Shown here: piece by piece, positions 38,501-45,188 of the stretch
How the letters are laid out: every line of letters starts with the position of its first letter
How positions within the stretch are numbered: the first letter of the stretch is position 1
DNA from: a virus
Strand: one strand, 5' to 3'
Length of the DNA stretch: 64,000 nt
IMG/VR virus record: IMGVR_UViG_3300027749_000046
Translations under genes and position numbers: made by a program
Notes under the pieces: generated by a model
Databases searched by the model: none
Seen by the model: the letters and a program-made list of their open reading frames with translations, nothing else
Told to the model about the DNA's origin: nothing

Positions 38501-38802
38501 TCAGAGCTATAGTGATATTCCCCACCGTGATTTTTTACGTGTTTGTGGAACTCATCAGACTTTAATTTTTCTGCGCCTTTTTTATCATATACTTTAACAT
38601 GAACTGAGTGAATCGTTGACTGCTCATCGATGATCTTTACCTTGATCTCGGCCTGCTTGGCGAGCTTAGACAACTCATCGGTAGGAGCGACGTCGTCAGG
38701 ACGAGCTACGTTCTTTACTTTCTCACGAGCCTTGGTGTTGCGATCTACAGCCGCAGCCTCCATGACTCTCCTGATCTGAGCTTCTACCGATGTGTACTTC
38801 AT
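35518..38802 (-). CDS. Large low-complexity mosaic protein, probable internal head protein
   Basis: 1094 aa; many [ILV]-x-E sites, an EF-hand-like LDKNHNGKIDAKDF, internal repeats. Confidence 0.7.
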   Translation of the reverse strand: MKYTSVEAQIRRVMEAAAVDRNTKAREKVKNVARPDDVAPTDELSKLAKQAEIKVKIIDEQSTIHSVHVKVYDKKGAEKLKSDEFHKHVKNHGGEYHYSSDKGVAFKFKNASDAEKFHRSTTQKYRDLGSENDGPMSVNEANTRKLEKEDDNFGADFKAQGDRIQGMLDKDKASMLAKKTSQASVPVSLPTSSTSDPVSIPQGASKIGIGPNDQGPVDKFFGNFNRKIFSKEEISQINTRVNEVKGGDQSLHSARAVKGGVTEIDIHPKTVDRDTETDKSPAKSKKIFKDQGIFNKEIQKEEAEQLDEVGNTPAGKNALKQVQARADHHIMSSMGDGGVLNNRNYDPADLKKNVRVSLQAAKRLNKEDSEIDEQEIHFGNIGTGIQSKMRAALSRRRELEKQSSTRKMNLHAGDNNDSQDDQDPVKKLSSALDKMPDVMSAVSKSAGKTPEQAQAASAATKDLLDKSKAGTATRKDASDYFNTIISPEDRKRFGKDINKTLSFYKEDAKMATVPLPPVRPKDTASSSVPLPPKKPKDKNANIDSNQGGMNPPAGKGYGGADTGMNTIESVLGAGELDLIEKINLMHEDDSFGSAFASARKKAGGAGGKFTYKGKEYQTNVAGEKYVSNPKSVDEPANPGVSSGTRPSEVPDSKPAEPKNPGVSSGTRPSEVPDSKPASKPDTTPSVAPQTKPRLSTTVAGLVNKDQNRDKQDPGRTAGDVKDYFKKKPEYRAKAKDIYPDAEDDTDTNESIIFTADELAHFASLAEAKKSMKLPMNRPTIGNQAGEKGDQSGENPTNSTARYDISDEKKLVGKQYKLDKNHNGKIDAKDFRLLHKEETLDEAIKSAFKLGNEVTIHNPGSSLHGKKGTVGKIHRGIPGSKKLYYTVYHGDRSSQFPKENLRIVKEDSDGDTLAAAERQYAANKLNMVKGKSVNTPQMTDTYPSSDTSKYTTGGTAKYRANKGQSMSQSDFEKLANESHNSISLLAKFIEEEEAKRGKGRPKKAKSEDGDTPSENRANLVAQISDKKPDNNGHLTLDIDGEKHKVHLKHVQKFLGSYHAAQGAEMKDAVERGFKSMITGKSYAPKPRVSLGGSKR
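36773..36900 (-). repeat. Two-copy coding tandem repeat (NPGVSSGTRPSEVPDSKPA)
   Basis: Direct repeat visible in both DNA and protein. Confidence 0.85.
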
Positions 38803-38806
38803 CTCT

Positions 38807-39244
38807 TTATGCCTTTAATATTGACTTAAGCATCCAGTCGTGCTTATAGTGTCTGTCTACTCTGTCTTGCAAGAAATTGGCGAGGCCAACAGCGTTCTCT
38901 TTCTCTGCCATCTTCTGGGCTTCCTTGAGCAACTCTATTACAGCGATGTTGTCAGACTGGAGCTTAGATATCATAGACATAGCGGGAGGTATGTTGGTCT
39001 CGTCTTTTACTATAGATAGATCTGTATAGCGCACGAACGAGCCGGGAGCGTAAGATCCAAGAGTTCTGATCTCTTCTGCAATAGTGTCTACAGAATCGTG
39101 AATTTCCTCGTACAGATCATTCAGGAATGAATGATACTGCGGAAAGTTAGGACCCTCTACATTCCAGTGAAAATAGTGCGCCTTTAGGTACAGCGCAAAA
39201 ACGCTGGCCAGCACCACCTTCATCTTCTCAACTAGTTCATTCAT
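38807..39244 (-). CDS. dps: Dps ferritin-like protein
   Basis: KAHYFHWNVEGPNF-H, D-IAE-IR-LG, H-KH-WML motifs. Confidence 0.93.
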   Translation of the reverse strand: MNELVEKMKVVLASVFALYLKAHYFHWNVEGPNFPQYHSFLNDLYEEIHDSVDTIAEEIRTLGSYAPGSFVRYTDLSIVKDETNIPPAMSMISKLQSDNIAVIELLKEAQKMAEKENAVGLANFLQDRVDRHYKHDWMLKSILKA

Positions 39245-39245
39245 A

Positions 39246-39479
39246 TTAATCAGCCTTCTTTTTTCTTCCGCGCTTTACTTTTTCTACTACTTCTTTAACT
39301 TCTTCTGCTACAGCACCTACTACGACGGTCTCGATATTAGGAACTTCTTCTTTTACTTTTGCTACCACCTCGGCGGCGACTTCTTTAACTGCCTCTTCTG
39401 CGGTCTCTTTCTTAGTGAGCATCTTATAGACCACCGCGATTAAAACTGCAATACCTAATCCTACAATAATAAAATCCAT
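39246..39479 (-). CDS. Small membrane-anchored protein
   Basis: N-terminal TM helix, basic tail. Confidence 0.65.
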   Translation of the reverse strand: MDFIIVGLGIAVLIAVVYKMLTKKETAEEAVKEVAAEVVAKVKEEVPNIETVVVGAVAEEVKEVVEKVKRGRKKKAD

Positions 39480-39490
39480 TTTTACCTCCG

Positions 39491-39661
39491 TTATGAACCA
39501 CCATCTCCACCGCCAGAGCTTCCGCTCTTTCCGGGTGGATGCTTTTCTATCTTCCCCGATGCCATGCGAATGGCAACCATTGGTGCAGACACTTCTTTTC
39601 TCTTTCCAGTCGTGCCTTGGGGTACACTCAATTCTCTAAGAAGCTCACTGAACTTCTTCAT
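39491..39661 (-). CDS. Small protein with a capsid-targeting-like N-terminus (not in the ORF track)
   Basis: MKKFSELLRE...IRMASGK...PGKSGSSGGG; ATGA overlap with the upstream gene. Confidence 0.65.
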   Translation of the reverse strand: MKKFSELLRELSVPQGTTGKRKEVSAPMVAIRMASGKIEKHPPGKSGSSGGGDGGS

Positions 39662-40074
39662 CTATTTAGTATTCTTCTCATCGTATCAACGTGATCTCTG
39701 TCTTTCTGCTTCTCTGGCTCAGGGAGCTCAGAGTAAGGCACGTGTTGAGATGCGTTGTAGTCAGCTTTAGGGTTTCTCTTCATCCACTCTTTGTGCACGT
39801 GATCGGCTGCAGCCTCTGTGTCTTTGCCGTGCTTACGTAGAGCTACAAGCGCGGCCTTGCCAGCCTCAATATTCTCTTTCTGCCAATCTGGATGAAGCTT
39901 ATTAAATGGAACATTGATGTTACCCTCGGTACCGTCGCTGTTCTTCTTTATTCTCTCTTTTCCAGTATTCTCAGGGTCAAAAGTACTACGCCACTTGTCA
40001 TGTTGAATTGCAGCAAACTGTCTCACGGCGTCTCTACCTCTTCCCTCGATAATATACTCAATAAAGCTTTTCAT
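39658..40074 (-). CDS. RyR-repeat-like protein with a capsid-targeting-like N-terminus
   Basis: MKSFIEYIIE; two H-x-x-W...VP[FY]-L-EK-[DN] repeats. Confidence 0.6.
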   Translation of the reverse strand: MKSFIEYIIEGRGRDAVRQFAAIQHDKWRSTFDPENTGKERIKKNSDGTEGNINVPFNKLHPDWQKENIEAGKAALVALRKHGKDTEAAADHVHKEWMKRNPKADYNASQHVPYSELPEPEKQKDRDHVDTMRRILNR

Positions 40075-40075
40075 T

Positions 40076-40981
40076 TTAGCAGTCCCAAGCTCTGCGCGAC
40101 CAGTAGTTAGCCGACGTCTTATTCGTTAGATTACCCTGACCGCTTGAGCGTGCGCAGTACGAGCGCTTGCGAGCCGGAATATTCTTCTTAATGCTCAGGG
40201 TCTTATCGCCGAAGTTAACTTTCTTTACGTTGCCGGTCGTTGGGTCCTTGACGAACACTTTCGACTTCTTTACGTCACCCTTCATTGGCTTATTTAGAGG
40301 CACCTCACGACCTTGGTATTTCGCTTCATTTATAGCGCATGGGCACGTTCCCGAGGAGCACTCGTTAAGCTCATACGACTCGCGAACTGTCTTCTTGATG
40401 GTAGAGATCTTCTTGCCGTGCTGACCTGGAGTTGCATTCTTATAGATTCTGACTGCCGAGTCTGTGGCGTCGAACCTCGAGTCTGAATCGTCTGGATTTG
40501 TCGACTGGAGCTCAGACGTCTCTGGGGTCTTGAAGTGCTTTGAGCTCTTGTGGATAGATCTGGCTGTATCGAGCGACTCATTCTGAGCTGCCCTGAAGTC
40601 GGCTGCAGTGGGACGGCCTTTCTCTCCAGGTCTGCGCATGTGCTCTCCAGAACCGCGCTTGATGCGCTCTTGCTTAGCGTGGATATTATCCCAGAGGCCT
40701 CTTATTTCTTGTAGATCTTTATCCATGTGCGCTGCTGCTCCGCCTGCTATAAATGAATTTACTCTGTTGAATGCATACTGCTCAGGAGACTCATTGAGTA
40801 CCTGATCTGTATAATAGCTATCTATGCCACGAGTATAGACCTCTTCTAGAGTGTCTATATTATAACCACTTTTCTTTGATTTTTTGTATAGTGACAGCCT
40901 TATGGCGTCAGTAACTACGGCACTCCCGCGACTTTGCTCGGCAAAGTCTAGCTGAGGACTAGGGAGATATTTCTTTACCAT
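40076..40981 (-). CDS. Mosaic basic virion-associated protein
   Basis: EVY-RG, QYAF-RVNSF, GLWDNIHAK, KKVNFG, RKRSYCARS modules separated by L/I-x-E sites. Confidence 0.65.
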   Translation of the reverse strand: MVKKYLPSPQLDFAEQSRGSAVVTDAIRLSLYKKSKKSGYNIDTLEEVYTRGIDSYYTDQVLNESPEQYAFNRVNSFIAGGAAAHMDKDLQEIRGLWDNIHAKQERIKRGSGEHMRRPGEKGRPTAADFRAAQNESLDTARSIHKSSKHFKTPETSELQSTNPDDSDSRFDATDSAVRIYKNATPGQHGKKISTIKKTVRESYELNECSSGTCPCAINEAKYQGREVPLNKPMKGDVKKSKVFVKDPTTGNVKKVNFGDKTLSIKKNIPARKRSYCARSSGQGNLTNKTSANYWSRRAWDC

Positions 40982-41057
40982 TGGAGTTTCCCTTGGGCTT
41001 ATCCATGAACATTGCGCAGGATTGCCGTAGCCTTACTGCATCGCATGTTTATTTATA
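40982..41057 (-). promoter_or_regulatory. Late promoter TATAAATA plus a 5' leader of two similar hairpins, the second covering the RBS
   Basis: GCAG-TAAG-GC-TACG-GC-AATC-CTGC and TGGA-TAAG-CC-CAAG-GG-AAAC-TCCA-ATG. Confidence 0.65.
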
Positions 41058-41078
41058 ATTTTTAATTATTTGCCGTGT

Positions 41079-41696
41079 TTAAGCCTTATGGTGTGTTATA
41101 CGTACAGATCCATCTGACATGTGCTGAACGTGATGTCCATGGAACTCAACATTCGGGTGCTTCTTCTTGAGTGCCAGCATGCCGTTGATATTATCTATTG
41201 AATCATCGTAGAGGTGCACCCTCTTGTGGCCGTGCCGGCTGATGGCGTCTGATATGATCTTGGCCTTAGCGGCCGCGGGCTTAACGCCGGTTATATTACC
41301 TGCGCGACGCACGTGAATCTTGCCTATGTCTACGCCGTAGGACTTCCACTTGTCTGCGAACTTCTTCTTGTCGTCGAAGTCAGATCGCGCCGTGAGTATC
41401 TCGACATGTCCGCCGTTCCTGTGTATTGCCTTCATCTTGCCGAGCATGCTGCGGATAGGCTTTGCTCCCTGCGCGAACTTCTTTGCCGACTTAAACTCAG
41501 AGAAGTCGTAGCTGTGTCCAGGAGGCAGCTTGTGATCGTTGAACTCAGATGAATTCAGGCTCTGTACTGTCTTACCGCGTGGGTCTTTTACGTGCACCCT
41601 GACGTTAGACCCGCTGGTGTGCATGAGTGTGTCATCTACGTCGAAGTAGTGGATGCTGTGCTGGCTCTCGGTTAAGAATAAACCAAAAGACTTCAT
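41079..41696 (-). CDS. HAD-superfamily phosphatase with a capsid-targeting-like N-terminus
   Basis: FDVDDTL, ILTAR, K, LYDD motifs; MKSFGLFLTE. Confidence 0.85.
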   Translation of the reverse strand: MKSFGLFLTESQHSIHYFDVDDTLMHTSGSNVRVHVKDPRGKTVQSLNSSEFNDHKLPPGHSYDFSEFKSAKKFAQGAKPIRSMLGKMKAIHRNGGHVEILTARSDFDDKKKFADKWKSYGVDIGKIHVRRAGNITGVKPAAAKAKIISDAISRHGHKRVHLYDDSIDNINGMLALKKKHPNVEFHGHHVQHMSDGSVRITHHKA

Positions 41697-42340
41697 GTCT
41701 TGCTTTTCTTAGGCTTTGGCGTCATACCAGTAGCAACATCGTTATACATCTCTCTCGCGTGACTATCTGACATAGTAGACGGTACACCCTGACGAAATCC
41801 GTAGTAGTCGTTGTTGCGAACGTGCTCTCTCATCTTAGATGCCGACATGCCACCGACACCCTCTGAGTCTGGATCTCTATCACCAGAAGAGACATACTCT
41901 ATCTTCTTGAAGTTAAAGGGAATATTACCAGACTTGTCTGCCTGACCGTTGTAGCGAGATATGAGCTTCTGATACTCAGGCAGTCTGTCGCTGCCTGCCA
42001 CGAACACTAGGTGATTGTGTCCAGCTTGATGAAGTCTAGTGAGGTGGTGAATCAATGTCGGCTGATCGGGAGTAGCCGCAGTTATGTTAGCTCCAGGAAA
42101 TGCTCTTCTTGCGTGCTTTACTTTCTGCTGAGAAGATAAAGGATTCTTATCTGGGTCTTGAGATCCAGATAAGACTATCTCGTGATGAGCCTTTCGTCTA
42201 GCAGCTTCTTCCATGACTTTATTTACTAGGGCCTCGTGACCAGATGTCGGAGGATTCATCCTACCGAAAGAGAACACCACCGGGTTCATCTTAGGACGAC
42301 CTACGACACCCTCGGATATAAAGCGAATAAAGCTCTTCAT
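41693..42340 (-). CDS. HxGH-type nucleotidyltransferase (cytidyltransferase-like) with a capsid-targeting-like N-terminus
   Basis: FGRMNPPTSGH, NPL, GSDR, SASKMR motifs; MKSFIRFISE. Confidence 0.88.
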   Translation of the reverse strand: MKSFIRFISEGVVGRPKMNPVVFSFGRMNPPTSGHEALVNKVMEEAARRKAHHEIVLSGSQDPDKNPLSSQQKVKHARRAFPGANITAATPDQPTLIHHLTRLHQAGHNHLVFVAGSDRLPEYQKLISRYNGQADKSGNIPFNFKKIEYVSSGDRDPDSEGVGGMSASKMREHVRNNDYYGFRQGVPSTMSDSHAREMYNDVATGMTPKPKKSKT

Positions 42341-43608
42341 CAGCTGCCTCCTGCTATTCTACCCATGCCGGCGAGGTTGGCCGCGGCGAATCCCTCTGGG
42401 CTCTGGTCGACGAGCTTCTGCATGTTGCCTTGTGGGTCAACGTGTACGTAACCCTCGTGGCCTGTTGCTCTGTTTCCTATAGACTGACGAGTAGGAGAGT
42501 TTGCGTCGAGTGCTCTAACGAGTACGTTCTTTGCCCTGCTGAGGTGTCCCTCGAGATCGATAGCCTTGCCGAAGTGCTCTCTGTTGTTAGCTACCGACTG
42601 GAGCATCTCTCCGTATCTGTCCATTACTCTCTTCTTAGCAGCTTCAGTCTTAACTTTAGCTGCCTCTTTGGCTGCAGCTTCACTGAGGTGCTTTGTATAT
42701 CCCTCGACGCTCGGTTTCTCTGGCTTCTCACCGGGCTGCATAGTGGCGCTTTTTCTAATAACGCCGTTGAGATAAGTCTCTAGTGGTATCTCATGACCGC
42801 GCATGGCCTCTAGAGCTTCCGGCTTCATGCTGCGATAGACTCTCTTGGCGCGTTCCTTGTGATCTTCATACTCACGCTGCATCTCTGGCGTATAGTTATC
42901 GGGATTGATCTTTACCCTAGGATCTACATCATGAACGTCGGGATGCTGCTGGAAGTCCTCGCGATTAACGTCAGGCGTCGCAGTCATGTTCTCTAGGCTG
43001 TTGCCCTTGTATCTCGTGTGAGTTACTATACCGAACTTAGAGCGCAGTGCTTTCTGAGCCTCGCCTGAGTTCTTAGGCAGCTTGTATCTCACCGTGTTTG
43101 GCTGGAAAGAAACCTCGTCGCCGTTTGTCTCAATATCTTTCTTTCCAGAGTGCATCGCGTCTCCCTGATAGACTTGGTCTGGATAGCGATTACCAATTTT
43201 CTTTGGCTTAGGCATGATCTTAGGCAAGTTCTCAAGTGCGGCCTTGAGCTTCTCAACTAGTCCTGGGGCATGCCCGTGATTTCTCTCGATATCTTCTGGC
43301 GTGTAGTTGATCTTTGGATTCTTATTGAAGGCAGACTTACTGGCTACAAAGAACCTACCTGTCTCTGGGTGATGCCCATAGACTATAGATGGAGCGCCAT
43401 CGTACTTAGTTGTAAGCGAGTGCCTGCCGCCTCTTGGCTTCTTACCTTTGACAATCGACTCAACTGCATCTAGTGAGTCAGATGCTCTAGAAACACCCTC
43501 ATTACCGCCAGTTATAGGCAGGCGATTTAAGTGCTCTAGGTGCTTTAGCTTTTGACCCTCAGGAGAAGCTTCTTCTTGTTCTAATATAAATCTCTTAAAA
43601 CTAATCAT
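42340..43608 (-). CDS. Predicted ATP-dependent polynucleotide (RNA) ligase-fold protein with a capsid-targeting-like N-terminus
   Basis: Motif I TKYDG, motif III-like YQGD, motif IV EGYV, motif V KLVD; MISFKRFILE. Confidence 0.7.
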   Translation of the reverse strand: MISFKRFILEQEEASPEGQKLKHLEHLNRLPITGGNEGVSRASDSLDAVESIVKGKKPRGGRHSLTTKYDGAPSIVYGHHPETGRFFVASKSAFNKNPKINYTPEDIERNHGHAPGLVEKLKAALENLPKIMPKPKKIGNRYPDQVYQGDAMHSGKKDIETNGDEVSFQPNTVRYKLPKNSGEAQKALRSKFGIVTHTRYKGNSLENMTATPDVNREDFQQHPDVHDVDPRVKINPDNYTPEMQREYEDHKERAKRVYRSMKPEALEAMRGHEIPLETYLNGVIRKSATMQPGEKPEKPSVEGYTKHLSEAAAKEAAKVKTEAAKKRVMDRYGEMLQSVANNREHFGKAIDLEGHLSRAKNVLVRALDANSPTRQSIGNRATGHEGYVHVDPQGNMQKLVDQSPEGFAAANLAGMGRIAGGS

Positions 43609-44777
43609 CTACCTAGACTTTCTTCATCTGAACTAAATTGAGAACCGCCGTGCATTCCTGAAGAAGGTAGCTTTACTTTATTTTTAGTGGGAAGCACCGA
43701 TGACTTATTAACAACTGGCTTTCTTGTTAGATAAGGCGCTTGAGTAGTAGAGTTAAATCCCTTTGTAGGGCCGCTCCCCTTTTTAATTCCCTGTGTTAAC
43801 ACGGGAGTAAAGTCAGACTCACCTTTTCTTCTACCTTCTATCTTTACACTAATACCTCCGCTATGTGGAGCAGTCCTGAGCTCTTCATAATCATTGAGAG
43901 TATTGCGTGCGTCTTGAACGTCATTCATGTGATGAGATAAATCTACACCATTTCTTCCAACTTGGCCGTGATATCTAAAATGCTGAAAGGTAGTCTTAGG
44001 TGCAACGATATCATTAACATAATTTTTGAGATCATTAGTATTCTTTTTTGCAAGACTCTTTGTGAGAGCACCAGCTACGTTTCTTTGAACTTCACCAGCA
44101 GACTTTTCAGCGTCAGCGGCTGCTTGTCTTTCTTTAGGATTCTGACTGTCTCTAAATCTCTTAAAGGTATCATGACTGTCGATACCAAGCTCTTTAAGAC
44201 GCTTTGCGTGTCTATCTCTGTGGCTAACCAGATCTGATTCATTTGCTCCGGACATTCTGGCTAGTGTTTCAAATCCATTATTTCTAAGATTAGGTGTCTT
44301 CATAGTACCGTATTTTAAGCTTATACCTACAGGTCCCTTGTTAGTCTGAAGCATAACATCGGCATCACTGTTTGTATCTTTCTTGCCGGTAAAGCTCTCG
44401 TGATCTGAAGGCTGAGAAGTCCAAGCACCGTGATGAATGGTATGATGTCCAGCTGCAGCAAGTTGCTGTCTTATATTGGCCGCGGCCTGTGCAGAATGCT
44501 TTGCGATCTGATCATACATACCAGGATATCTTGCATCTAATTCTGTCTTGATCTTATCGTGGATATCGCTTGGTGTCTTGCCCTCTTCATCTCTGAAATG
44601 CTGCAGCATTTCATTAGGTCCACCGTGTTTTGGGTGAGTTCCACTGTGGAGATGCGATCCAGTTAAGATCTCAAATAGCTTACCTTTAGCATCGTTTAAG
44701 TTAAAACTTTTCTCTTTTTCTTTCTTTGGCTTTATTACTCTTGCCTCAGATAGAATAAATTGCTTAAATGGTATCAT
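43605..44777 (-). CDS. PD-(D/E)XK restriction-endonuclease-like protein with a capsid-targeting-like N-terminus
   Basis: G-LFE, SDADV, GISLK motifs; MIPFKQFILSE. Confidence 0.65.
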   Translation of the reverse strand: MIPFKQFILSEARVIKPKKEKEKSFNLNDAKGKLFEILTGSHLHSGTHPKHGGPNEMLQHFRDEEGKTPSDIHDKIKTELDARYPGMYDQIAKHSAQAAANIRQQLAAAGHHTIHHGAWTSQPSDHESFTGKKDTNSDADVMLQTNKGPVGISLKYGTMKTPNLRNNGFETLARMSGANESDLVSHRDRHAKRLKELGIDSHDTFKRFRDSQNPKERQAAADAEKSAGEVQRNVAGALTKSLAKKNTNDLKNYVNDIVAPKTTFQHFRYHGQVGRNGVDLSHHMNDVQDARNTLNDYEELRTAPHSGGISVKIEGRRKGESDFTPVLTQGIKKGSGPTKGFNSTTQAPYLTRKPVVNKSSVLPTKNKVKLPSSGMHGGSQFSSDEESLGR

Positions 44778-44811
44778 GTCGTAAGCCTCATGGAAGTTAG
44801 ATTGTTCTCAA

Positions 44812-44819
44812 TATTTATA
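44812..44819 (-). promoter_or_regulatory. T4-type late promoter for the capsid-targeted enzyme cassette
   Basis: Exact TATAAATA 35 nt upstream of the start codon. Confidence 0.75.
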
Positions 44820-44823
44820 TAAT

Positions 44824-44975
44824 AAAAAAGGGAAGCCCCTAAGAGCTTCCCTTTACGACGTGGACAGGAGGAACCCCACCTACCGTATACTGGCGACCTG
44901 TCAATTCCAATCCTCGCGGCTTGCCTCTTGTGCTGCAGGCACAAACGCGTCGAAGTATTCACAAGATATGTGCAT
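44824..44975 (-). ncRNA. Candidate structured small RNA (own late promoter at 44980-44987, own terminator at 44824-44854)
   Basis: TATAAATA, then nested helices CGACG/CGTCG, TTGTGC/GCACAA, GACAGG/CCTGTC, then AAAGGGAAGC-GCTTCCCTTT with a T tail. Confidence 0.6.
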
Positions 44976-44978
44976 ACA

Positions 44979-45188
44979 TTATTTATAACCAGAAACAGTA
45001 TTTTCAAACTTTTCTACAAATATTTTTTTCAATACAAAAGACGGAGTCCAGCCATCAAAAGCCCCACCTAGATTCAAGAAGCGACAGCGTGTTTTCATTT
45101 CTTTTTCTACACCAAAGGCAACGATATGGTCCGTTGACTTCTCGACGATAGCGTACGTGTTCTTCTTTTGAATAACTTTATAGTTCAT
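44979..45188 (-). CDS. Hypothetical protein
   Basis: LN-G-AFDGWTP-F motif; coupled to gp41. Confidence 0.7.
   Translation of the reverse strand: MNYKVIQKKNTYAIVEKSTDHIVAFGVEKEMKTRCRFLNLGGAFDGWTPSFVLKKIFVEKFENTVSGYK

Noticed and set aside
44774-45151. ORFs 44774-45007(-) and 44921-45151(+)
   Set aside because: They cross a promoter and terminator or lie antisense to a real gene; the region is better explained as an ncRNA
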